Positions 20,072 through 29,777 of a stretch of 64,000 nucleotides of DNA are shown piece by piece. The notes beneath the pieces were generated by a model, which did no database searches, had not been told where the DNA came from, and was given only the letters and a program-made list of their open reading frames with translations. The stretch's first letter is position 1, and the number at the start of each line of letters is the position of its first letter. The stretch covers positions 1 to 64,000 of IMG/VR virus record IMGVR_UViG_3300044846_004119; one strand, written 5' to 3'. The position numbers and the translations under genes were made by a program. Source of the stretch: a virus.

Positions 20072-20920
20072 ATGGTTAAAATTTACGATGAATATGATTC
20101 ATATTTAGAGGGAGGACATTTTTCATCACCAAGAAAAAATTTGGGGAATAAATTGTTTATATATTCCGCTTGTAGAATAATTAGTGAACTATTAGGGTAT
20201 GAGTTAATATCTCCCGAAAACGCGTTAGTAAGAAGAGAAGATACCGAAAATGGACAATATAAAGAAATCCTATTCCCATTTAAAGGTGTTAAAGGAAATA
20301 TTGTGGATGACCCAATTAAAGTTATTCAAGATGGCGACATCATACAATTAGGTAGTATTGAAAATTTAATACAATCCTACCCAAATCATGGATTTTTAAA
20401 TCAATCATATTTTTCAAAATATGATTACATTAAACCATATAAGACTAAGGTTAAAGAATATTTTAAAAGTATCGTTAAAGATAAAAGGGTTGGTAACGAT
20501 TTAGTAATTATGTTAAGAAGTAGTAATTACGACGGAAGTTTTGTTTTACCCGACAGTTATTACCTTAATATTATATCTCAAGAAACTTTTGATAATTTAT
20601 ATATTTCATTTGACCATATAAACAAACATCAATCATTAATTAATAAATTAGAGAAATATAACCCTAAATTAATTGATGGTGATATACTTGAAGTTTTTTC
20701 AGAAATCACATCATTTAATACAATAATCGCCGCTCAAGGAACATTTTCTTTTTGGGCTTGTTTTTTATCTAACGCCAATAAAATATATTGGCCGATTACC
20801 AATGATGGTCCAAATTCCGGTAAAAACTCAAATAACCCCGTGTTTAACTCATATGTTAATTTAACGGTCGATGATGAACCAAGATATGAATTAATAAACG
20901 TAACAGATATATACAAATGA
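20072..20920 (+). CDS. GT11-like (alpha-1,2-fucosyltransferase-like) glycosyltransferase
   Basis: NLGNKLFIYS (cf. GRLGNQMFQYA), YFSKYDY, VIMLRSSNY, DSYY, IIAAQGTFSFWACFLS (cf. STFSWWAA). Confidence 0.7.
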   Translation: MVKIYDEYDSYLEGGHFSSPRKNLGNKLFIYSACRIISELLGYELISPENALVRREDTENGQYKEILFPFKGVKGNIVDDPIKVIQDGDIIQLGSIENLIQSYPNHGFLNQSYFSKYDYIKPYKTKVKEYFKSIVKDKRVGNDLVIMLRSSNYDGSFVLPDSYYLNIISQETFDNLYISFDHINKHQSLINKLEKYNPKLIDGDILEVFSEITSFNTIIAAQGTFSFWACFLSNANKIYWPITNDGPNSGKNSNNPVFNSYVNLTVDDEPRYELINVTDIYK

Positions 20921-21597
20921 TAAAAACAATCAATTTTAGTCTTTTTGGTACTGAAATGAAGTATTACATGGGAGCCGAAAAAAATGTTATAATTAATAAA
21001 GAATTATTACCAGATTGGACAACCGTAATATATTACCATCCTCAAAACATAATTCAAGGTTATGTCGAAAAACTGTCTTCATTAGGTGCGACAATGGTGG
21101 ATGTGTCAAATATAAAGTTAGGTGATAAAGAATCAATTCACTTCCCATATTTTTGGAGATTTCTTTCATTTTTACAAGACAGTCCCTCAATAGTTAGAGA
21201 TTTGGACAGTAGAATTTCTGAAAGAGAAGTAAAATATATTAGAAAATGGGAAGAAACAAATAAAGATTATTTTATTATCCGAGACCATCCGTGGCATGCA
21301 CCCGTACCAAGTGGGTTATTTGGTATTAAGAAAAAAATAGAAGAGTTTGAAAAACACTTTATTGAGTTTGTTAATATTGATGAGTTACGTTGGGGGTCCG
21401 ACCAAGAAATTTTAAGAATTTATATGGAAAATATTAGTGACGAAAATGTGTTTTATTGTGGTTACGATATTCAAACCAATTATATACATAGAGACGATAA
21501 AACTTTTTTTATTGGAATGCAAATGAATGAAAATGATGAACCAACAGTCCCAAGTGGCGTACAGTGTTTAAATTACCTAAACGAAATAAATTTATAA
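20917..21597 (+). CDS. Putative GT-A fold glycosyltransferase
   Basis: INFSLFG...WRFL...IVRDLDSRIS.RE...W...IIRDHPWH...SGLFG...DQEIL, a conserved pattern in viral and bacterial glycan clusters. Confidence 0.6.
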   Translation: MIKTINFSLFGTEMKYYMGAEKNVIINKELLPDWTTVIYYHPQNIIQGYVEKLSSLGATMVDVSNIKLGDKESIHFPYFWRFLSFLQDSPSIVRDLDSRISEREVKYIRKWEETNKDYFIIRDHPWHAPVPSGLFGIKKKIEEFEKHFIEFVNIDELRWGSDQEILRIYMENISDENVFYCGYDIQTNYIHRDDKTFFIGMQMNENDEPTVPSGVQCLNYLNEINL

Positions 21598-21598
21598 A

Positions 21599-22360
21599 AT
21601 GAAGTATTGTTTTACAACTTTGGCTGTTGGTGAGCCATATGAAGAATTAACCGCAAAGTTATACACAAGTTTAAGAGATAAAACTCAAAACTGTGAATTT
21701 TTTATAACAACAAATAACCCTAACTTCCCTGATTTAGGTGAAAAAATTCACATTAATAGAGAGTCATTACAAAGTCTACACGATTCTAAAGGTGGGTTTA
21801 GTTTTCATTTAAATTATAAGTGTTTATCAATTAAACACGTTTTGTCTAATGAAAAACAAATGTTAGCGTTAGACACAGAATTTAAAAAATTTGATTACGT
21901 AATCTTTACTGACGGTGATTGGATTTTGGAAAGCGGGTTTTCTGAAGAGAAGATTTTAAATATGTTAAATTATATGGAAACCGAAGGATTTGATTTTGCA
22001 TTTGAAAGACCTGCAAGTATCGGTGATGGTAGACGAGACCCTGAAAATAGTTTCTATAGAGATAAAATTTATGATTATGATATATTAGAATATGATAAAT
22101 GGGATGAGGCTCACGTTGTTAATGAACAATGTTTGGTATTTAAAAATAATTATAAATTTAGATTTTTTGCCCAAAGATGGGAACAATTTTTATGGTATTC
22201 AATCCATAATGATATTAGAAACTACCCTGACGGTTTTGAGATTGGGGTATCGGCTTTAGAAGCAGGGATGAAATGGAACTACAATGGAGTGTTTAATCAC
22301 TTTTTACAAGGATGTTTCGGATTTTATACTAAACTTGGTGATTATCACATTAGATTTTAA
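21599..22360 (+). CDS. Putative GT-A fold glycosyltransferase
   Basis: FTTLAVGEPY, K.LSIK, YVIFTDGDW (DxD) in a glyco-operon context. Confidence 0.55.
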   Translation: MKYCFTTLAVGEPYEELTAKLYTSLRDKTQNCEFFITTNNPNFPDLGEKIHINRESLQSLHDSKGGFSFHLNYKCLSIKHVLSNEKQMLALDTEFKKFDYVIFTDGDWILESGFSEEKILNMLNYMETEGFDFAFERPASIGDGRRDPENSFYRDKIYDYDILEYDKWDEAHVVNEQCLVFKNNYKFRFFAQRWEQFLWYSIHNDIRNYPDGFEIGVSALEAGMKWNYNGVFNHFLQGCFGFYTKLGDYHIRF

Positions 22361-22375
22361 TTATATATATATATT

Positions 22376-22912
22376 ATGTCACACAAAGAACAACAAGATT
22401 TCCTAACGTATGTTAGAGACAAATTCCCAAATAAATTTGAGAATTGTAGAGTTTTAGATATCGGCTCATTAGATATCAATGGTAATAACAGGTATTTGTT
22501 TACAAATTACGAATACATCGGACTAGATATTGGTGAAGGAAACAACGTAGATGTTGTATGTAGAGGTCACGAATATAATGATGAAAAATTATTTGACGTA
22601 ATTGTGTCTTCAGAATGTTTTGAACACGATGAATTTTGGGAATTAACAATAAAGAAAGGTATCGATTTACTTAAACCAGATGGCGTGTTTTTATTTACTT
22701 GCGCCACAACAGGTAGACCGGAACACGGAACAAAAAGAACATCACCAAGCGATAGTCCATTTACTTCAAGTTTAGAAAACAATTATTATCGAAATTTAGA
22801 AGAAGATGATATTCGACAATCAATTAATGTTGATGAAATATTTTCAGAATATGAATTTCAAAGTAGACTAAATTGGCCACAAGATTTGTATTTTTGGGGT
22901 ATTAAAAAATAA
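22376..22912 (+). CDS. Class I SAM-dependent methyltransferase, paralog of 7121..7666
   Basis: MSH..QQDF...VLDIGSLDING...SECFEHD...LFTCATTGRPEHGT.R.SP.D.PF...DLYFWGIKK shared with the leftward copy. Confidence 0.85.
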   Translation: MSHKEQQDFLTYVRDKFPNKFENCRVLDIGSLDINGNNRYLFTNYEYIGLDIGEGNNVDVVCRGHEYNDEKLFDVIVSSECFEHDEFWELTIKKGIDLLKPDGVFLFTCATTGRPEHGTKRTSPSDSPFTSSLENNYYRNLEEDDIRQSINVDEIFSEYEFQSRLNWPQDLYFWGIKK

Positions 22913-22915
22913 AAT

Positions 22916-23839
22916 ATGAAATCAAAAATTGTAACGGCTTATTGGATGGATGTTGAGGGGTATCCATTTCAAGGAGTACTTCCAGTTAGAAAAATAAGAT
23001 ATCAAGGTTCTTTAATTTCTCATTGTACTGGTAGTGGACTACCGGTTATTTGCTATACTCATAGTAAAAATTATGACGAACTTAATGATATTAAAGTAAA
23101 GTATAATTTAACTAATTTAGAGTTGAAAATATTAGAATTATCTGATGTAAAATATCACGCTGAAATTGAAATGATTAGAAATAATAATTTTGATACCGAT
23201 TTGGATGGTAGAGGTCCTGAAATAATGTGGGGAAAATTTGATGTGTTAGAAAGAGAACTTGACGGATTTGATAGGGTTTATTGGGTGGATGTTGGTTTAC
23301 AACACCCGGGCATATTCCCTTGGATGTACTCTAAAGTTCACAATGAGAATTCTGAAAATTTAGGCGTACCAACAAATTGGTGGGCTCATTTAGATGTGTT
23401 TAATTTTTCAAAATTAATTGATAGTGAAGTGTATGATAAATTAAATAAAATCTGTGAAAATAAAATAATGTTTGTTTGTTCATATGGTCCTCAAATAAGT
23501 TATCCGTTTTTAAATTATGGAATATTAAACAAATCGTTTGAATCTCCATACCCGGTTGGTGGTATGTTTGGTGGAGATGTTCAAGTATTAAAGAAATATA
23601 TAAATTTATTTTGGGAATTCACTGAGAAAATTTTAGAAAAAAACTTACTTTGTACTGAAGAAGTAATTATGAAACCGTCCTACGATTTAATTGATAACGA
23701 TGAAAAGGTTACACTTATGTTTAACGCGTTTGCGTCTGGGGAACACGATGATTATCACTACACTATGTGGAATGAAGGAAAAAATACACCAAAACCTTTC
23801 TATATGATGTGGCACAATATAAAAAATTTTAAAATATGA
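22916..23839 (+). CDS. HtrL/YibB (WlaTC)-like glycosyltransferase
   Basis: IVTAYW, MWGKF, VYWVDVGL, VGGMFGG, LLCTEEVIM. Confidence 0.6.
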   Translation: MKSKIVTAYWMDVEGYPFQGVLPVRKIRYQGSLISHCTGSGLPVICYTHSKNYDELNDIKVKYNLTNLELKILELSDVKYHAEIEMIRNNNFDTDLDGRGPEIMWGKFDVLERELDGFDRVYWVDVGLQHPGIFPWMYSKVHNENSENLGVPTNWWAHLDVFNFSKLIDSEVYDKLNKICENKIMFVCSYGPQISYPFLNYGILNKSFESPYPVGGMFGGDVQVLKKYINLFWEFTEKILEKNLLCTEEVIMKPSYDLIDNDEKVTLMFNAFASGEHDDYHYTMWNEGKNTPKPFYMMWHNIKNFKI

Positions 23840-25512
23840 ATAAAATAACATTAGTAACCGGTTTATGGGATTTAGGTAGAGATAAACTCACCGAAGGGTG
23901 GTCTCGGACATATCAACATTATTTAGATAAATTTCAACAACTTTTACAAGTTGATGTAAATATGATAATTTTTGGTGATGAGGAATTAGAAAAATTTGTT
24001 TCAGAGAATAGACGTAATGAAAATACACAATTTGTTCGCAGAGAGTTATCTTGGTTTAAAAATAATGATTTTTATGATAAAATACAAAAGATAAGAACCA
24101 ATCCTGATTGGTATAATCAAGTTGGTTGGTTAACAGAGTCAACTCAAGCTAAACTAGAGATGTATAACCCTTTAGTTATGTCTAAAATTTATCTTTTACA
24201 CGACGCAAAAATTTTAGATAAGTTTAATTCAGAATATATGTTTTGGATTGACGCGGGATTAACAAATACAATTCACCCTGGATATTTTACAAGTGATAAG
24301 GTTTTAGATAAACTACCTAAGTTAGTTAAGAATTTCCATTTTGTTTGTTTTCCTTATGAAACAACTAGTGAGATTCACGGATTTAAATATCAAGAGTTAT
24401 GTGAATTAGCAGGAAAACCTGTTAATATGGTTGCAAGAGCAGGATTCTTTGGTGGAAAAAAAGATTTTATTTCTGAAATAAATAGTTTATACTATGGATT
24501 AATGAACGATACATTATCCCAAGGATTGATGGGAACTGAAGAGTCGTTATTTACAATTATGACATACAAATACCCTAATTTAATTACTTATTCTGAAATT
24601 GAAGGTAATGGGTTAATGGGTAAATTTTTTGAGGATTTAAAAGATATGACAGTTGAGGTAAAATCGGAAGTATCAAAAGATGTTGTTGTTAATAATTTGG
24701 ACACATCAAAAGTTGGATTATACGTGATTACTTTTAACTCACCAAAACAATTGGAGGTTCTTATTCAGTCAATGTTAGATTACGATAAAGATTTTGTAGA
24801 GAAACCAAAGAAATTCTTATTAGATAATTCAACTGATTTATCAACAACACCAAGATATCTTGAACTATGTGAACAATATGGTTTTGAACATATTAAAAAA
24901 AATAATATAGGTATTGTTGGTGGTAGAGTATTTGTTGCCGAACATTTTGATGAAACTGATTTGGATTTTTATTATTGGTTTGAAGATGACATGTCATTTT
25001 ATCCTAAAAAGAATGAAGTTTGTAGAAATGGTTTTCCTCGTTTTGTGGGTAACTTATATCAAAAATCATTAGAGATTATTCAAAAAGAAAATTTTGATTT
25101 TTTAAAATTAAATTTTAGTGAATTTTACGGCTCAAACGATATTCAATTCTCATGGTATAATGTGCCCCAAGATTTCAGACAAAAACATTGGCCAAACAAT
25201 CCTAAATTACCTGTACAAGGATTAGACACCAATTCCCCCAAAACAAAATTTGATGAAATACATATTCACAAAGGATTACCATATGTATTGGGTGAGATTT
25301 TTTTATGTAATTGGCCAATTGTATTAACAAAAGAGGGTAATTATAAATGTTATTTAGAGACAAAATGGGCTCACCCTCACGAACAGGTACTAATGAGTTA
25401 TTCTTATCAAGAAACGGTTAAAGGTAATATTAAACCGGGATTACTGTTATTAACACCAACAGAACACAATCGATTTGACCATTATGACGGCTCATTAAGA
25501 AAAGAAAGTTAG
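23836..25512 (+). CDS. HtrL/YibB (WlaTC)-family protein fused to a C-terminal GT-A-like domain
   Basis: TLVTGLWDLGR...RTYQHYL...YNPLVMSK...FWIDAGL...AGFFGG...MGTEESLF; second domain YVITFNSPKQL...LLDNS...YWFEDD. Confidence 0.75.
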   Translation: MNKITLVTGLWDLGRDKLTEGWSRTYQHYLDKFQQLLQVDVNMIIFGDEELEKFVSENRRNENTQFVRRELSWFKNNDFYDKIQKIRTNPDWYNQVGWLTESTQAKLEMYNPLVMSKIYLLHDAKILDKFNSEYMFWIDAGLTNTIHPGYFTSDKVLDKLPKLVKNFHFVCFPYETTSEIHGFKYQELCELAGKPVNMVARAGFFGGKKDFISEINSLYYGLMNDTLSQGLMGTEESLFTIMTYKYPNLITYSEIEGNGLMGKFFEDLKDMTVEVKSEVSKDVVVNNLDTSKVGLYVITFNSPKQLEVLIQSMLDYDKDFVEKPKKFLLDNSTDLSTTPRYLELCEQYGFEHIKKNNIGIVGGRVFVAEHFDETDLDFYYWFEDDMSFYPKKNEVCRNGFPRFVGNLYQKSLEIIQKENFDFLKLNFSEFYGSNDIQFSWYNVPQDFRQKHWPNNPKLPVQGLDTNSPKTKFDEIHIHKGLPYVLGEIFLCNWPIVLTKEGNYKCYLETKWAHPHEQVLMSYSYQETVKGNIKPGLLLLTPTEHNRFDHYDGSLRKES

Positions 25513-25622
25513 TTTAATATTTTATCGTTTTTTTTTAAATTATCTTCAGCCCATAGTGGTTGAAGATTTGTGTAATGACAAAATTTACACATCCCTTCTT
25601 TAGTTTTTGATGATGATGATAA
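25509..25622 (-). pseudogene. C-terminal remnant of an HNH homing endonuclease
   Basis: Hand translation: LSSSSKTKEGMCKFCHYTNLQPLWAEDNLKKNDKILN*, the typical C-terminal ending of phage HNH endonucleases. An in-frame stop lies shortly upstream and the D-H motif is absent. Confidence 0.75.
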
Positions 25623-25669
25623 ATAAAAAATAATTTTGTTTTATCAAGTATTTATAATAAAAACTTTAA

Positions 25670-26332
25670 ATGGATTTCTACATTAAGAAAAACGCAACCT
25701 TACCTGTGATTAAACTCCAAGTGGTGAAGGATGGTCGAAGTGACTATGATAGCTTCATGAAAACTATTGAGTTATCGGCAATATTCTTTTCAATGGTTGA
25801 TTCTGATACAGGTATTCCAAAAATTAGTTCAAGACCGGCAGGATTTGTTGAGAAAACATTCTTAGACCCCAACGCCGAACCAGAATATTACATTTATTAT
25901 CAATTTACCTCAAAAGACACTAATAGAGTTGGTTCATATGAAGGACAATTTATGTTAAGAAACGATGATGGTGTTTTAATATTGCCAATACGTGAAAAAT
26001 TAAACATCAACATCCAAGACTCATTTATTGCGGATGACTTAGTTTATGATAGTTGTTATGTTTCAGAATTCCCTTGTTGTGTTAACGGACCTTTTGTTTC
26101 GACAACAACAACTTCTCCATGTCCAAGTTGTCCAACATGTCCTGAACCAACACCGACACCTCAACCAACAACAACTACTACGACATATAACCCAACAACA
26201 ACAACCACACATTCGCCAACTCCAACACCAACATTAACACCAACGCCAGAACCCGAAATTTTAATCAATCCTATCTTAGTTGGTGAAGACCAATATTTGA
26301 GTGTTGGGGATAATGAATATTTAGAATATTAA
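25670..26332 (+). CDS. Structural protein with BppU-like N-terminal domain and Thr/Pro-rich tail
   Basis: FYIKKNATLP.I.LQV...YYQF...DT...G.YEGQF; then TTTTSPCPSCPTCPEPTPTPQPTTTTTT. Confidence 0.6.
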   Translation: MDFYIKKNATLPVIKLQVVKDGRSDYDSFMKTIELSAIFFSMVDSDTGIPKISSRPAGFVEKTFLDPNAEPEYYIYYQFTSKDTNRVGSYEGQFMLRNDDGVLILPIREKLNINIQDSFIADDLVYDSCYVSEFPCCVNGPFVSTTTTSPCPSCPTCPEPTPTPQPTTTTTTYNPTTTTTHSPTPTPTLTPTPEPEILINPILVGEDQYLSVGDNEYLEY

Positions 26333-26379
26333 TAATCCATCTTTAAAAATTAAACTATTTATAAAATAAAAAACAAATT

Positions 26380-28653
26380 ATGGCATTAACAGGAAAAACA
26401 ATTGGACAACTAACATATCTTTCGGGAGTAACAACGGATACATTATTTCCCGTAGAATTGAGTGGTGATACATACCATATAGCATATTCTGCGTTCACTA
26501 ATTCAAACTATAACGAAGGAACTTACGATAATTTATATTCATTTGCCACAGGTGGCACACTAACCGCTGGAAGTTATTATTTAATGACCAACTTCCAAAC
26601 TTGTTATGACCAACCAAACTACGATAATACCAAAAACCCTATTACTACGGGTAACTATAAAACAGGAACAACAGAGCCAATTTTATTATTGGCAATATCT
26701 ACAACAGGATTTTCTCCTACCGTATATTCAACATTATACCCTAATGATAAAATAACATACGACATAACTTGGAATACCACCGAAATCACGAGTAGTCCTG
26801 CAAAAGGTAGAATCACTGAAAGAATTGATAACTTTAATAATAGAACTGATTATGATAACAGAAGTATTTTATTTAAAAGATATAACGGATATTCATATTA
26901 CGAAAATCTACCATTAAGTGGTCTTGTTGGGATAAGTGGTTTAACAGGAACAACTGCCGTGTTATATGGTAACACGGGTACAACATTTACCTCAAATTTC
27001 TCAACTGGTGACATTGTTTCAGTGCGAAATTTAGACCCTTCATTTTTTGAAGTTATATCTGTTGTAAGTAATTCTTTAGCAATTATATCAGGTGTAACAA
27101 TAAGTGTAACTACTGACTCACCATATTATTTTGGAATTGATGATGGTATAATGAGTTATTACCAACCTAATATAAGACAAGACCAAGTTTTTGAATATAC
27201 AACATTTGGTGATGCCATTGATGAAAGTGGAGCGGTTAATAATTATATTGGTAACTATTCTAACCTACATTTAGAATTTGGTACTGGAAATTTTTTACTC
27301 GCAAATAATGTATTCTTAATAGGTTCAATTAGAAACAACACCATTGGTAACGGTTCATATAATAACACATTTAATGATGATTGTGATAATAATCAAATAG
27401 GTGATGGATTTTATAATAACTCAACGAACAATGATTTTGACGGTAATATAATTGGTGAGAGTTTCAATAATAATTACATTACCTCTAATTTTGACAATAA
27501 TAGAATTGGTAGTGATTTTGACAATAACATTTTAATTGGTGGTTCTTTTTATAGAAACAATATTGGGAACGACTTTAACAATAATGTTTGGACTAATAGT
27601 GACTTTCAAAATAATGAAATAGGAAATCAGTTTAATGATAATAAAATTTATGGTGACTTCTATAATAATGATATTGGTAATGGGTATAATAATAATGAAA
27701 GTTACTCAACTTATAATCGTAATTTAATTGGGAACGGGTATAATGGTAATACGGTATATTCACAATTTTACGAAAATAATATTGAACACGTTTTTCAAAA
27801 TAATACTATTGGAACCAATTTAACTATTGGGACAGATAATTTTAGGGCTAATAGAGTTGGAAACAATTTTGAAGATAATATAATTAAAGTTAATTTTCAA
27901 TACAACAACATTTTAAATAATTTTAATAATAATACCATATATTGGGAGTTTAGAAAAAATTCAATATTAAATGATTTCAACCTAAACACAATTGGTGGAG
28001 TTGATAATTTAGGTCTTCTTTTTGAGAACAACCAAATTATGAATAATTTTAAAGGTAACGACATTCAAGGGGATTTTTGGAGTAACCAAATTAAAACAGA
28101 TTTTAAGGGTAATGATATATTTGAGGAGTTTGGATATAATAATATAGGATTTGGGTGTTCACCTAATTCTTTTAGTGGTGTAACAACACATAACAATATT
28201 GGTGATAATTTTTCATTTAATACTTGTTATGGTTCATTTTCGTACAACACAATAGGAACTGATTTTAACTCTAATGAGGTACAAGATGGATTTGGTTTTG
28301 GTGGGTCGTCTTCTCAAGGAAATAGAATTGGAAATGATTTTACAGATAATACCATCGGTGAATATTTCTACAATAATACTATTCCTGATAACTTTTACAA
28401 TAACACAATTGGTGATTCATTCCAATGGAATATTGTTAATACTGAAGTTAATAATGTTTGTTTAAGTACAGGTATGTTATATAACACAACAACAGTTAAT
28501 GTATTCAAAAATAAAAATGAAGATTATAGATTATCGTATTACGATGAAGTGGATGTTCTAACAATAGAAACATTAACTGAAGCTCCTTGTTTAGGTGGGT
28601 TAAACGTATTAGACATACCAGAAAATGATTTGAATTTCGGATTAATATTATAA
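26380..28653 (+). CDS. Asn-rich beta-solenoid fibre/spike protein
   Basis: 757 aa; long run of ~9-aa x-I-G-x-x-F-x-N-N repeats. Confidence 0.7.
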   Translation: MALTGKTIGQLTYLSGVTTDTLFPVELSGDTYHIAYSAFTNSNYNEGTYDNLYSFATGGTLTAGSYYLMTNFQTCYDQPNYDNTKNPITTGNYKTGTTEPILLLAISTTGFSPTVYSTLYPNDKITYDITWNTTEITSSPAKGRITERIDNFNNRTDYDNRSILFKRYNGYSYYENLPLSGLVGISGLTGTTAVLYGNTGTTFTSNFSTGDIVSVRNLDPSFFEVISVVSNSLAIISGVTISVTTDSPYYFGIDDGIMSYYQPNIRQDQVFEYTTFGDAIDESGAVNNYIGNYSNLHLEFGTGNFLLANNVFLIGSIRNNTIGNGSYNNTFNDDCDNNQIGDGFYNNSTNNDFDGNIIGESFNNNYITSNFDNNRIGSDFDNNILIGGSFYRNNIGNDFNNNVWTNSDFQNNEIGNQFNDNKIYGDFYNNDIGNGYNNNESYSTYNRNLIGNGYNGNTVYSQFYENNIEHVFQNNTIGTNLTIGTDNFRANRVGNNFEDNIIKVNFQYNNILNNFNNNTIYWEFRKNSILNDFNLNTIGGVDNLGLLFENNQIMNNFKGNDIQGDFWSNQIKTDFKGNDIFEEFGYNNIGFGCSPNSFSGVTTHNNIGDNFSFNTCYGSFSYNTIGTDFNSNEVQDGFGFGGSSSQGNRIGNDFTDNTIGEYFYNNTIPDNFYNNTIGDSFQWNIVNTEVNNVCLSTGMLYNTTTVNVFKNKNEDYRLSYYDEVDVLTIETLTEAPCLGGLNVLDIPENDLNFGLIL

Positions 28654-28680
28654 ATAAATAAAATAAAAAAAAACAAAAAA

Positions 28681-29757
28681 ATGATACAAGGAATTAGAAT
28701 AACAAGTACAAATTTATCAGGACTAACGGCAAACGTTACTTTTTTACCCACAACTGGTGGAACTATTAATTTAGGGCCTGAAGTAATACCATTTGATAAT
28801 ATTTCGGATTATCCTTACGGAACATACGAATTAGACGTTCCATTATATGATAGAATATATGAAATAGTTGTACCGGCACCATTAACAGGTCAGAGTGCAT
28901 ATACTGAAACAGTAAGAACTGTTACCGTTGACGGAGGAGTACAACCATTCTCAGGAGCGGTATTATCTGAAGTGTGGGGAACATATACAACAGAATATAT
29001 TACAAATGAAGGAATACCATCAACTGATATTGTTTTAGCTGAAGGTATTTGTTCTGATGACGTTGACGCAGCATACTTACCCGGAAATATCGGTGGATGG
29101 CCAACAAGTATTAATTCTTTCTTAGGACCATTTATGTCCGGTGGATTGGCAGGTTATCCGTTTGTTGGTAGTGTCGGATTTGGAGCGTTTTCAAGTCACG
29201 TAGCTACAACTCTTGACGGAACCTTGTTCGTTACAAGTATGCCACACATTGGTGTTACTGAAGATGGACGTTCAGGTAGAATGTTAAGAAGAGGTAAAGC
29301 AAATAGTTTAACTGATAATACCTGTGGTGCCGTTGCAGGGGCAATTGACCAAGTTGTAAATGTATTAACTAATGCTCCAAATATAGAAAATCCACCATTT
29401 GACAATGGTAATTATTCTTTTTGGAAATTAACTGATATTTTATGGCCGCACAAATATTCATTATCAAATTTTACAGGTACTAGTGAAGAAGTATATAATA
29501 AACAAATGATTTTAGCAACTGAAATAATTAGAGATTCTGCTTATGATTATATTATTGCAAATTTACCTGCAGCAACCGAAGCAAACACTGAGAATGACGT
29601 ATATTTTTTAAGTGGTATTTTTATTAATTCTGATGTTAGTTCCGGTACAACACAATTTGAATCATATGTTGTTGTTGATAAAGTTATGAAATATGTGTTT
29701 GATGACCAGTGGTATGATATAACTGTTGATTATATGGCTGGATTACCTATTGACTAA
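28681..29757 (+). CDS. LCIB/theta-type carbonic anhydrase domain fused to an N-terminal structural-type domain
   Basis: ICSDD (C124, D126), GGLAGYPFVGSVGFGAFSSH, PHIG (H189), G..G...RRG, TCGA (C215): the LCIB-family motif order with all three Zn ligands. Confidence 0.8.
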   Translation: MIQGIRITSTNLSGLTANVTFLPTTGGTINLGPEVIPFDNISDYPYGTYELDVPLYDRIYEIVVPAPLTGQSAYTETVRTVTVDGGVQPFSGAVLSEVWGTYTTEYITNEGIPSTDIVLAEGICSDDVDAAYLPGNIGGWPTSINSFLGPFMSGGLAGYPFVGSVGFGAFSSHVATTLDGTLFVTSMPHIGVTEDGRSGRMLRRGKANSLTDNTCGAVAGAIDQVVNVLTNAPNIENPPFDNGNYSFWKLTDILWPHKYSLSNFTGTSEEVYNKQMILATEIIRDSAYDYIIANLPAATEANTENDVYFLSGIFINSDVSSGTTQFESYVVVDKVMKYVFDDQWYDITVDYMAGLPID

Positions 29758-29777
29758 ATAAATTAAAAAATAAAAAA

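Noticed and set aside
3245-25512. DNA hypermodification cluster (oxygenase + GT + methylase)
   Set aside because: No recognisable TET/JBP, dNMP hydroxymethylase or DNA methylase motifs; the GT families and adjacent mucin point to protein/glycan targets. Not fully excluded.
26380-28653. Diversity-generating retroelement target (Asn-codon rich)
   Set aside because: No reverse transcriptase or TR/VR pair differing at adenines was seen in the window.
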